Of a stretch of DNA of 64,000 nucleotides, positions 55,933-64,000 are shown in pieces. Numbering within the stretch: position 1 is the first letter of the stretch; the number at the start of each line of letters is the position of its first letter. The notes below the pieces were generated by a model. It made no database searches. It saw only the letters and a list, made by a program, of their open reading frames with translations, and was not told the origin of the DNA. Origin of the DNA: an uncultured Rikenella sp. (GTDB lineage Bacteria; Bacteroidota; Bacteroidia; Bacteroidales; VadinHA17); assembly GCA_964621005.1 (NCBI GenBank), contig CAZUIF010000007.1, positions 89,955 to 153,954 on the forward strand, written 5' to 3'. Both the position numbers and the translations under genes were made by a program.

Positions 55933-55975
55933 ATTTGCATTTATGTTAAGACTGGCAGCGGGGGAGAAGCGGTGA

Positions 55976-56100
55976 TCAGCCTGCCTGCTCTGTTGAAGCA
56001 GCATCCGTACTGCTGTATGCCGGACATGCTTCACGGTTGCATGAACTGAATGCCAGTACTGCAAGGAGAGCGAGGACGACAATTAGACCAACTTTTTTCA
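55976..56100 (-). CDS. Small (41 aa) predicted lipoprotein with a C-P-A-Y motif
   Basis: MKKVGLIVVLALLAVLAFSSCNREACPAYSSTDAASTEQAG* has a signal peptide and a Cys lipobox. It is the internal start of ORF 55976-56320 and lies 43 nt upstream of the next gene. Coding status is unproven. Confidence 0.4.
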
Positions 56101-56232
56101 TAATACCTGCCTTTAAGTCTGAGACAAAAATAACTTTATTTTTAAAACAAGATTTGTGCCATATTATTATTTGATTCGGTACCTTTTTAAACCAACGGAG
56201 CTGACAATTGTTATCAGATAAACCGGAAAACA

Positions 56233-57168
56233 ATGAAATTTCAGGGATATATAACATTGATATTAATGATAGTTCTGCTTTCAATGGAAAACGAAACAAG
56301 ATCACAGGAGAGACCGGCATACAATGACCTGTCAGTCCAGGAAGCTAAGGTAATAATCAGCAAATCAACTGAATACCCGTTTACGGGACTCTATGAGAAG
56401 TTCAATGCAAAGGGAACGTACCTTTGCAAACAGTGCGGCAGCGCGCTCTATCACTCTGATGCAAAGTTCGATGCCTCCTGCGGCTGGCCAAGCTTTGACG
56501 ACGAAATTGACGGTGCAGTCAAACGTGTAAAGGATGCTGACGGCATGCGGACAGAGATCGTGTGCGCCAACTGCGGAGGGCACCTCGGTCATGTCTTTAC
56601 GGGAGAGGGATTCACCCCGAAGAACACGAGGCATTGCGTGAATTCAATTTCACTTGACTTTGTGCCGGCGGTGCTGCCGGCAGGTACATACGGCACAGCC
56701 CTCTTTGCAGGAGGTTGCTTCTGGGGTGTCGAGTACTTCCTGCAGAAGGAGCCCGGCGTGGTGGCCGTGGTATCGGGCTACACCGGCGGACATGTGAAGA
56801 ACCCTTCGTACCGCGAGGTTTGCACGGGCAACACCGGACATGCCGAAACAGTGAAGGTCACCTATGATACGAAAAAGACATCATATGAGAAGCTGGTAAA
56901 GCTTTTCCTTGAGATACACGACCCCACCCAGGTGGGAAGACAGGGACCTGACATCGGCGACCAGTACCGTTCGGAGATCTTTTACAAGAACGAGGAACAG
57001 CGCAAAATTGCTGCAAAATACCTTGGCCTGCTTCGCGATAAAGGGCTGAAGGTTGCCACGCAGCTCACAAAAGCCTCAGAGTTCTATGCCGCCGAGGAGT
57101 ACCATCAGGATTACTATTTCAGGAACGGTAAGGTGCCGTACTGTCACGGATACACCAAGAGGTTTTAG
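56233..57168 (+). CDS. msrAB: Exported bifunctional methionine sulfoxide reductase (MsrB-MsrA fusion)
   Basis: 311-aa ORF with an N-terminal signal-like segment. The MsrB motifs are CKQCGSALY...CGWPSF...[12 protein letters not shown]. The MsrA motif is [10 protein letters not shown]. Confidence 0.9.
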   Translation: MKFQGYITLILMIVLLSMENETRSQERPAYNDLSVQEAKVIISKSTEYPFTGLYEKFNAKGTYLCKQCGSALYHSDAKFDASCGWPSFDDEIDGAVKRVKDADGMRTEIVCANCGGHLGHVFTGEGFTPKNTRHCVNSISLDFVPAVLPAGTYGTALFAGGCFWGVEYFLQKEPGVVAVVSGYTGGHVKNPSYREVCTGNTGHAETVKVTYDTKKTSYEKLVKLFLEIHDPTQVGRQGPDIGDQYRSEIFYKNEEQRKIAAKYLGLLRDKGLKVATQLTKASEFYAAEEYHQDYYFRNGKVPYCHGYTKRF

Positions 57169-57271
57169 TCGGCAGTTGGCAGTACCAGTCCGCAGTAGTC
57201 CTAATTTGCAACTTTCAGACCTCAGGCTTCAGAAGTGGAATGACTGCTGACTGCCGATTGCAGACTGCCGG
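57168..57271. repeat. Diverged relative of the GGCAG/CTGCC-arm intergenic element (copy D)
   Basis: The left arm is GTCGGCAGTTGGCAGTACCAGTCCGCAGTAGTCCTAAT..., and the right arm is CTGCTGACTGCCGATTGCAGACTGCCGGC. The msrAB stop TAG (57166-57168) abuts the arm. Similarity to copies B and C is partial. Confidence 0.45.
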
Positions 57272-57275
57272 CTAT

Positions 57276-57315
57276 AAAAAAGCCCCGACTGCCATCAGGC
57301 AGAAGGGGCTTTTTG
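57276..57315. terminator. Bidirectional rho-independent terminator between msrAB and the BNR-repeat gene
   Basis: The sequence AAAAAGCCCCGACTGCC-ATCA-GGCAGAAGGGGCTTTTT has an A-tract upstream and a T-tract downstream, so it can function on both strands. Confidence 0.7.
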
Positions 57316-57333
57316 CTGGCAGATCGCAAATTC

Positions 57334-60300
57334 CTATAGTTTGGGGACTCTCCCTGAGGTCCAGGGCGCCTTGATCTCATCAAGTTTCGCGTTGAGCGCA
57401 TCAACAGCCTTGCCGGCCTTCTGGATCCTCTCAAGCAGTACCGGGAACTCCTTCTTCAGGATCGTGAACTGCTGGTCAGCAATACCGGATACATCACCCG
57501 AGTTGCCGTAGAGTGACCTTGACATGGCTGAGAGACGTGCTGAGAGCGAGACAGGTGAGGGCGGGGTCTCCTCAGTACTTGCACCTACTGAAATCCCACT
57601 GATGAGATAGCCGATTTCTTCCATCTCATCGCTCAATGCTGTGGCCTCCTTCATCAGGGATGCAGGTGCATCAGGTGACTGGTGTATGGTTTGCATGATG
57701 GAGCTCACCTTTCCTTCAAGTTCTGCGGCGTATGACATAGCACCGTAAGCAGTCTTTGCGAATGCGGTCATCTCCTTCAGCCATTTTTCCTTAGCCGCTG
57801 CATCGGTGACAGGAATGGTCACTATGTCAAGAGGCTTGCATACAAATGGTTCGGGACCTGCAAGTTCCTTCACCTCACCCTTGGCATACATTGCCATGGA
57901 GACGAAGTATTTGCCCGGCATGACGGATATGCCTCCGCCACCCCAGCGGCCGCGGCCCTCGCCCTCGGAGACGGGATTGAACTTCCCGGTAGATCTCACC
58001 GGCTGGTACCCGGCATAGGTATAGTTCCAGGTCACGCGGCCAACGCCCTTCGATGCGTTCTTGTACATCTTGCGGATCACGGTACCGTCCTCGTCCGTAA
58101 TGGTGAAGATGAGATATGGCTTTATCTCACGCTCCTCGAGACTCAGGTCCCTTGCCGTGGGTTGCGGTATGAACTCGCCCTTTTCAAAGAGCTTCTTCTC
58201 CTTCTCCTTCCTTATGTCACGGTCAGTCTTCGGAACAGAGTCCACATAGTAGGTGATTGTTGTACCATAAGGCGGGTTCTTTGCCAGATAGTACATAGAA
58301 CCCTGGTTGTCAAACTCATCCGTCTGAACAAACATCTTCGATTCCCTTATCGGGAAGATGTAACCGGCCTTACCGGTGATTTCCTTCGAATAGTTACGCA
58401 GCGGGGTGAAGTCATCAATCACATAGAATCCCCTTCCGAATGTTGCAATCACAAGGTCATTCTCACGCTCCTGGATTGCGATGTCACGTATTGGAATAGT
58501 CGGGAGGCCCTTGTTGAACTCGGTCCAGGTTGCACCGGCGTCAAATGACACGTAGAAACTGAACTCGGTTCCGAGGAAGAGGAGGTTGGGACTGATATTG
58601 TCCTGTTCAATCGTGTGAACGGGTCCGTTGGCCGGAAGATTGGCAGCAATGGAAGTCCAGGTGCGCCCCTTGTCAGTGCTCTTCAGGACATACGGTTTGA
58701 AGTCGTCACGTTTAGTATTGTTGAACGTTGCATAAACAACATCAGCGTTGAACTTGTCGGCAAGAATATCACTCACATAAGTATACTCCGGTACGCCGGG
58801 ATAAGTTTTGTTCATTCTCCAGTTTGCGCCGCCGTCTTCAGAAACCGCAACCACACCGTCGTCACTGCCAGTATAGAGCAGGTCCTTCTGCACCTTCGAT
58901 TCCGTCAGTGATACGATGGTTCCCCAGAGTGATGTTGACTTATTCTTTGCAACAGCGTCAGCAGGCCAGTATTTGTCCATCACTTTGAAGTTATCCCTGT
59001 TCTCGTTCCTGGTCAGGTCAGGCGAAATTGTCTTCCAGTTGCTTCCCCTGTCTTCACTCCGGAAGAGGAAGTTGGCAGCCATGTAAATCTGCTTGTTGTT
59101 GTGCGGGCTTATCAGTATGGGAGTGTCCCAGTTCCACCTGTAGGTGAGTTCTCCTTCTCCGGGGAAGGGCTTGATGCTTACGCTCTCACCGCTCCTGCGG
59201 TCATAACGGGCAGCGTTGCCGTACTGTGATTCGGTATAGACGATGTCGGGTTCCTTCGGATCAATCGTCACCCAGAAACCGTCACCGCCCTGCGTCACGA
59301 ACCAGTCGTCATTGGTGACACCGTTGCTGGTGCTTGCGGAGGGGCCTCCCATGGAATTGTTGTCCTGAGTGCCTCCGTAGATGTAGTAGAAGGGATAGGA
59401 GTTGTCAACAGCCACCCTGTAGAACTGCGTAACCGGGAGGTTTGACTTGAAAATGAAGTTCTTGCCGTTGTCCCATGTCTCGTAGATACCGCCGTCACCG
59501 CCGATATAGAAATGTTCGGTATTGGTGTCGTCTATCCAGAGAGCATGATCGTCGACGTGACGCCCCTGGTTGCTTACCCTTGTGAATGTACGGCCGCCGT
59601 CAACTGTGACCATTGTATAGGTGTCAAGGCTGAATACCCTGTCAACATCCTTCGGGTCACAGACGATCTTGTTGTAATACTGTCCGCTTGCACTGTAGGA
59701 ATTCATCCTTTCCCATGAGGCTCCCCTGTTGACAGATCTGTAGAAACCTCCGGCGTCGCCCTGTGCCTCGACTATGATGTAGAGGACATCCGGATTAACA
59801 GGTGATATTGCGAGGCCCATGCCGCCAAGGTCTCCGCCAGGCAGACCTTTCATAATCTTTTCGAACGACTTGCCCCCGTTTGTTGATTTGTATACAGCTG
59901 ACTCCGGTCCGCCGCTGATCTTCAGCCCGACATGCCGGCGGCGCTGCTCGCTGGTGCAATAGATCACGTCGGGATTGCGCGGGTCAAGAACAACGTTGTT
60001 GACGCCGGTATTCTCGCTGATATTGAGGATCTTTTCCCATGTTTTTCCTCCGTCGGCCGATTTGTAAAGGCCCCGTTCTCCGCCAGGACCCCAGACTGAT
60101 CCCTCTGCTGCAACGTAAACTACATCACTGTTTCGCGGATCGATGGCGATTCCGCCTATCTGCCTTGACTCCTTGAGGCCCATATTCTTCCAGCTGGCCC
60201 CGGCATCATCCGAGCGGTATACACCGTCGCCCCAGCCAAGTGCCCGTTGGTGGTTATTTTCGCCGGTACCGGCCCATACAACATTGTGGTTGCTTGGGTC

Positions 60301-60636
60301 AATCACTACACAACCGATGGCATAAGCACCGTATTTGTCGAAAACAGGTTCCCAGGTGGTACCGTTATTCACGCTTTTCCATATGTTGCCTGATGCAACA
60401 GCAGCGTAAATCTCAGAATGGTTGGAGGGATTCACGGCAAAATCAGCAATGCGGCCTGATGCCCATGCCGGTCCCACAGACCTGAATGAAATGGCGCTGA
60501 AGAATGATGAAGGTACCGAGGGCTTTACCTGGCTCTCCGTTGACTTCGCGTCCTTCCTGGTCTCTTTCTTCTGTGCCCACAGGCTGCATGAGCCTGCCAA
60601 CACCAATACAATAATCAATGTAAGAATTTTTTTCAT
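57334..60636 (-). CDS. Sortilin/VPS10-type BNR-repeat (beta-propeller) exported protein
   Basis: 1100-aa ORF with a signal peptide. It has many repeats of the S-x-D-x-G-x-T-W type (SVNNGTTWEPV, SDDAGASWKNM, SADGGKTWEKI, STNGGKSFEKI, SVNRGASWERM, SEDRGSNWKTI, SEDGGANWRMN, STDKGRTWTSI, SFDAGATWTEF). Confidence 0.8.
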   Translation of the reverse strand: MKKILTLIIVLVLAGSCSLWAQKKETRKDAKSTESQVKPSVPSSFFSAISFRSVGPAWASGRIADFAVNPSNHSEIYAAVASGNIWKSVNNGTTWEPVFDKYGAYAIGCVVIDPSNHNVVWAGTGENNHQRALGWGDGVYRSDDAGASWKNMGLKESRQIGGIAIDPRNSDVVYVAAEGSVWGPGGERGLYKSADGGKTWEKILNISENTGVNNVVLDPRNPDVIYCTSEQRRRHVGLKISGGPESAVYKSTNGGKSFEKIMKGLPGGDLGGMGLAISPVNPDVLYIIVEAQGDAGGFYRSVNRGASWERMNSYSASGQYYNKIVCDPKDVDRVFSLDTYTMVTVDGGRTFTRVSNQGRHVDDHALWIDDTNTEHFYIGGDGGIYETWDNGKNFIFKSNLPVTQFYRVAVDNSYPFYYIYGGTQDNNSMGGPSASTSNGVTNDDWFVTQGGDGFWVTIDPKEPDIVYTESQYGNAARYDRRSGESVSIKPFPGEGELTYRWNWDTPILISPHNNKQIYMAANFLFRSEDRGSNWKTISPDLTRNENRDNFKVMDKYWPADAVAKNKSTSLWGTIVSLTESKVQKDLLYTGSDDGVVAVSEDGGANWRMNKTYPGVPEYTYVSDILADKFNADVVYATFNNTKRDDFKPYVLKSTDKGRTWTSIAANLPANGPVHTIEQDNISPNLLFLGTEFSFYVSFDAGATWTEFNKGLPTIPIRDIAIQERENDLVIATFGRGFYVIDDFTPLRNYSKEITGKAGYIFPIRESKMFVQTDEFDNQGSMYYLAKNPPYGTTITYYVDSVPKTDRDIRKEKEKKLFEKGEFIPQPTARDLSLEEREIKPYLIFTITDEDGTVIRKMYKNASKGVGRVTWNYTYAGYQPVRSTGKFNPVSEGEGRGRWGGGGISVMPGKYFVSMAMYAKGEVKELAGPEPFVCKPLDIVTIPVTDAAAKEKWLKEMTAFAKTAYGAMSYAAELEGKVSSIMQTIHQSPDAPASLMKEATALSDEMEEIGYLISGISVGASTEETPPSPVSLSARLSAMSRSLYGNSGDVSGIADQQFTILKKEFPVLLERIQKAGKAVDALNAKLDEIKAPWTSGRVPKL

Positions 60637-60745
60637 AGGGCTATTTTGGTGAGTTAATAACTAATGCTAAGGTAAGATAAGGAAATTTGTCAGCTAAATT
60701 TTTAACGTTATTTAATTATTTTGCTGCGGATTAATAAAGGCACAA

Positions 60746-61492
60746 ATGAACAGCACATATTTCACCCGGAGAACAATAAGAAAATATGAATCCCGTGAGG
60801 TAGATCCCGGGCTGCTTGAGCGGCTGCTTATGGCCGGCATCAGGACATCCACCACGGGTAATATGCAGGTATACAGCATTATAGTTACGCGTGACCAGGA
60901 GATGAAACGCCGGCTTGCACCCGCTCACTTCAACCAGCCGATGGTGACCGAGGCTCCGGTTGTGCTTACTTTCTGCGCAGATTTCAACCGTTTCAACAAA
61001 TGGTGCAGGCAGCGCCAGGCTGAGCCGGGCTACGACAACTTCCTCTCGTTCATGACTGCCGCAATTGATGCACTGCTTGCAGCACAGACAATATGCAATG
61101 CTGCAGAAGAGGAGGGATTGGGTATATGTTACCTCGGAACAGCCACCTATAATGCAGATAAGATAATTGAGGTGCTTGACCTGCCGAAAGGGGTTGTGCC
61201 CGTTGCCACCGTGACCCTCGGCTGGCCTGCGGTTGTGCCGGAACAGCCTGAAAGGCTGCCTCTGGAAGCAGTTGTGCATTATGAAACATACCACGATTTT
61301 AATCCCAGTATTATTGATGACCTTTACAGGGAAAAGGAAGCTCGTGCTGATTCGCAGCAATTCATCTCCGAAAACAACAAGACCACCCTGGCCCAGGTTT
61401 TTACCGACGTCCGTTACAAAAAGGCTGATAACGAGTATTTCTCAGAAAAGTATCTTGAAGTGATCAGGAACCAGGGATTTCTGAACCGCTGA
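60746..61492 (+). CDS. NfsA-like NADPH-dependent nitroreductase-family oxidoreductase
   Basis: 248-aa ORF. RRTIRKYESREVDPGLLERLLMAGIRTSTTGNMQ and CADFNRF...GLGICYLG fit the oxygen-insensitive nitroreductase pattern. Confidence 0.75.
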   Translation: MNSTYFTRRTIRKYESREVDPGLLERLLMAGIRTSTTGNMQVYSIIVTRDQEMKRRLAPAHFNQPMVTEAPVVLTFCADFNRFNKWCRQRQAEPGYDNFLSFMTAAIDALLAAQTICNAAEEEGLGICYLGTATYNADKIIEVLDLPKGVVPVATVTLGWPAVVPEQPERLPLEAVVHYETYHDFNPSIIDDLYREKEARADSQQFISENNKTTLAQVFTDVRYKKADNEYFSEKYLEVIRNQGFLNR

Positions 61493-61589
61493 TAACTTGC
61501 GGCCTGGGCACTGCCGGGGGATGCCAGGATAAAATATGCCACTCTGGTTTATCTATAAGTGTTTCTTTTACATTTATAAATTAATTTCT

Positions 61590-61597
61590 TAAATTTG
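61590..61597 (+). promoter_or_regulatory. Candidate -7 promoter box (TAAATTTG) for the downstream exported protein gene
   Basis: TAnnTTTG lies 88 nt upstream of the ATG at 61685. The same 15-nt context TTCTTAAATTTGTAT occurs at 13651-13665. Confidence 0.3.
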
Positions 61598-61684
61598 TAT
61601 AGACTGTACTGCTCTGTTTCCCCGGAAGACCGGGAGCGACCCGGAACAGCAGATACCAAAACCGTTGCATTCAACCAGCCAATT

Positions 61685-64000
61685 ATGAACAGACCATCCA
61701 GAATCTTCACGGCCATAACCTTCACTGCCATATTCCTTGCGAATCTTAGCGGGCAGCAGGCGGCTGATTCAGTGAATCTGGCCAATACAGCCGCCGTCTC
61801 AACTTCATTCGTTTCATCATGGGAGACCCTGGATGCAGTAAGGGACGGGTTCGAGCCCGCCGGTTCGGCGGATCATTCCCACGGGGCATACGGAAACTGG
61901 AACGGAGAGGCTGATTACGGGAAGTATAACTGGGTCCAGTATGAATGGACCCTGGCCCAGAACGTTACATCTTCATCGGTATACTGGTGGGATGACGGGC
62001 TGGGCATAGACAAACCGACTGATGCATACCTGACAGTATGGAACGGATCGGTCTGGGCAGACACCGTGCACATCGGCACAGAGACTGACATGTACAATTC
62101 AGTACGCGCAGTCTTCAGGACCAACAGGGTCCGCATTTACATGAAGAGTCTGATGGCTACCGGGATACTTGAATGGAAAGTATTCGGCACGGCAAACACA
62201 AGCTGCACTCCGACAGTTCTTTCACCCGTGGTTCAGGCCGGAAACCAGCCAGCAAAAAGCAGCAACACTGTAAGCGTGGCTGCAGGTGACTCACTGCTCC
62301 TTGACGTACTCCCCGTCGATGGAGGCGACTGGAGCTGGTCTGGTCCGGGAGGATTAACGGCAGGGACACGCAGCCTTAAGCTGAAGGGTACCACTGCCGG
62401 ACAATCAGGAACATACACACTGTCATATCTTAATGAATGCGGGGCATTTTCTAATCAGGACTTCTACGTAACAATATGGAGCGGTGCGCAGCTTTCCGAT
62501 CCTTACACCTGGCCGGCATACAGTCCGAACATAAGCTACAATTTCCGGGATGAGTTCCCTGCACTGCAGGCACCGACACAGGATCTCGACGACTGCCCGG
62601 GGGTGGTTGGTCATATTTCATCCGGATGGTGGACCTTCAGATGGGGCGCCAGTGCAAACACCCTTGTCACCGCAGCTGCAGTCAACCCGATGCTTGAAAG
62701 GATGAACCGTGATTTCACCTACTTCAGGGATGTCATGGGATGGCCCCCGGACAAGAGGGCAAAGAGGGGATACAGAAGTGCAATCTATCTTTACGGGTCA
62801 GGCCTGTGCACTGACAATGCCTCAAACACAGAGCTGGGAGGGTGGCAGAGCAGCATCACATTCAACGGTGAGTCGTGGCCAATGGTGCTCATTTCATATT
62901 ACCCGGTTTATTGTTTTGACCCATCCTGTTCGTACAGTGACCGGGAGTACCAGACCGGCGCGGTGGTGCATGAAGGTATCCATTCAGTCCTGGCAGATCT
63001 TCCGGGCTGCAGGCAGGCAGCATGGTTCCATGAGGGAGGCAATACATGGCTTCAGCAGGAGGCATATGCCATCCAGTCAGACAATTACGGAAGCATGGGA
63101 TTTCTGAACGGCGCCTCGTTCGTGGCTCCATTCATGCCCATAGAGTGCTACAGCGGCTGGCTGCAGGACGGCTCGTTCGGAGGCCCTTCGGCAGAAGGGG
63201 TGAACCGCTTCGACGGCAGCACACAGATATGCACCTGGAGGAACCTCCTCGGCGGAGTCCAGTACAGCAATACGTTCCCCACTTTCCTGGGAATGACACT
63301 CGGAAACGGAAGCATACCGTGGGTCTGGAGATACTGCACCGGCAGGGTGCTGGAGGGTATGGCCGAAGGTCTCGGGGATGTGCAGATACGGCGCCTGATA
63401 ATGGAATACAGGGCCAAGCAGGCGCTTGTTGACATGGGAAAATGGACCAAAGCTGTGCGTGACCTGCTCGATTCACAGTTCGGAACACAGATAAAGGCTG
63501 AATGGCAGCCCAGCCTGATGAATCCTCCTGTCTGGTATGCAACGCCCTACGTGAAGACAACAAATGACGGCAGCGGACTGCTGACCCCGGATCCGGCCAC
63601 AACACCCGGTTGGTCAGGGGCCAACCAGATTCCTCTTAAGGTTACCGGGAATATTGTGACTGTAGATTTCAGGCCTCTGTCGCCCAACATGTCCTGCCAG
63701 CTTTGCTACCGTTCAACTGACGGCGAAGCCATCTACAGCAATCCTGTCTTTGGGGGTGAATGCAGCCTGCGGCTCGAAAAAGTACCCGCAAACGGGATAG
63801 TGTTTGCTGTTATCTGCAACACTGATTACATCTACAAGGGAGAGGAGACACGCACTGCCCATCATGACTACAGGCTGAAGCTTGTTGAGGGGGTCACGGG
63901 GACCGGCAGTGTGAATACAAAATGGTATCAGTGGGACAGGGACCTCGGATCTTCAACCGGTGTTGAGCCAGTTTTTCAACCCGGTCCCCTGACTCTCTAT
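61685..64000 (+). CDS. Exported multidomain protein (N-terminal discoidin-like module, Ig-like module, gluzincin-like HExxH domain); 3' end off the window
   Basis: The frame is open from ATG 61685 to the window end (772 codons, no stop, so it is absent from the ORF track). My translation begins MNRPSRIFTAITFTAIFLANLSGQ (signal peptide). It continues ...SFVSSWETLDAVRDGFEPAGS...YNWVQYEWTLAQNVTSSSVYWWDDGLGI...(glycan-binding-like module). Later it reads ...AVVHEGIHSVLADLPGCRQAAWFHEGGNTW (HExxH...WFxEG at 62969-63037). Confidence 0.65.
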   Translation, partial: MNRPSRIFTAITFTAIFLANLSGQQAADSVNLANTAAVSTSFVSSWETLDAVRDGFEPAGSADHSHGAYGNWNGEADYGKYNWVQYEWTLAQNVTSSSVYWWDDGLGIDKPTDAYLTVWNGSVWADTVHIGTETDMYNSVRAVFRTNRVRIYMKSLMATGILEWKVFGTANTSCTPTVLSPVVQAGNQPAKSSNTVSVAAGDSLLLDVLPVDGGDWSWSGPGGLTAGTRSLKLKGTTAGQSGTYTLSYLNECGAFSNQDFYVTIWSGAQLSDPYTWPAYSPNISYNFRDEFPALQAPTQDLDDCPGVVGHISSGWWTFRWGASANTLVTAAAVNPMLERMNRDFTYFRDVMGWPPDKRAKRGYRSAIYLYGSGLCTDNASNTELGGWQSSITFNGESWPMVLISYYPVYCFDPSCSYSDREYQTGAVVHEGIHSVLADLPGCRQAAWFHEGGNTWLQQEAYAIQSDNYGSMGFLNGASFVAPFMPIECYSGWLQDGSFGGPSAEGVNRFDGSTQICTWRNLLGGVQYSNTFPTFLGMTLGNGSIPWVWRYCTGRVLEGMAEGLGDVQIRRLIMEYRAKQALVDMGKWTKAVRDLLDSQFGTQIKAEWQPSLMNPPVWYATPYVKTTNDGSGLLTPDPATTPGWSGANQIPLKVTGNIVTVDFRPLSPNMSCQLCYRSTDGEAIYSNPVFGGECSLRLEKVPANGIVFAVICNTDYIYKGEETRTAHHDYRLKLVEGVTGTGSVNTKWYQWDRDLGSSTGVEPVFQPGPLTLY

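Noticed and set aside
55933-56320. Long N-terminal extensions of ORFs 55138-56082 and 55976-56320.
   Set aside because: The extensions lack signal-peptide logic and overlap the neighbouring genes. In both cases internal Mets give canonical signal peptides.
60731-61360. A 209-aa minus-strand ORF.
   Set aside because: It is antisense to the NfsA-like nitroreductase gene and has no motifs.
61915-63605. Several 60-160-aa ORFs on both strands near the right end of the window.
   Set aside because: All lie inside the long stop-free plus-strand frame starting at 61685. That frame has a signal peptide and coherent domain-like sequence.
1-64000. A search by eye for CRISPR arrays, rRNA and tRNA genes, riboswitch-like leaders and defence-system gene pairs.
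   Set aside because: No regularly spaced direct repeats with unique spacers were seen, and no cloverleaf-compatible sequences other than the tmRNA tRNA-like end. No nuclease/ATPase/methylase gene clusters were seen. The accessory zone contains only IS21, a truncated integrase and SusC/D remnants.

Overview
The window looks like chromosomal DNA from a Bacteroidota (Bacteroidales-like) organism. The supporting signs are SusC/SusD genes, a tmRNA with the tag GESNYALAA, TAnnTTTG -7 promoter boxes about 30-50 nt upstream of starts, DUF4199, a short primary sigma factor and a Rho with a Gln-rich insertion. All calls rest on my reading of the ORF track and the raw sequence, with motif recall only and no database search.

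Layout:
- 1-13.4 kb: a tightly packed minus-strand operon (glpD, sulfatase, glpT, exported HAD phosphatase, GDPD lipoprotein, metallophosphoesterase lipoprotein, SusC running off the left edge) plus a divergent DeoR/GlpR regulator. It reads as an organophosphate/glycerophosphodiester utilization locus built like a PUL.
- 13.7-18.4 kb: a lipoprotein fusing a GHL10 (YddW/DigH-like) domain to a DUF1343/NamZ domain, translationally coupled to an Amidase_3 lipoprotein. This is a candidate peptidoglycan glycan-strand salvage module. murA and murB follow.
- 20.8-26 kb: miscellaneous metabolism (LplA-like, tandem class II aldolase, nitroreductase-like, PfkB kinase, sdaA).
- 26.3-32.7 kb: the accessory or rearranged zone. 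It holds an orphan SusD, a 45-codon SusC 3' stub, a complete IS21-family element (istA/istB, multi-repeat ends, no target-site duplication), a tyrosine integrase cut one codon before its expected catalytic Tyr, and then ssrA (tmRNA).
- 32.8-61.5 kb: housekeeping genes (glycosyltransferases, SRP RNA, tsaC, trkA, comEC, def, ruvX, nifJ/PFOR, rho, rpoD, rpe, miaA, gap, msrBA and others).
- 61.7-64 kb: a partial exported multidomain protein with a gluzincin-like HExxH...WFHEG motif.

A modular intergenic inverted-repeat element built on GGCAGTAGGCAG / CTACTGCC arms occurs at least four times, always at gene 3' ends. No CRISPR array, rRNA or tRNA gene was seen.
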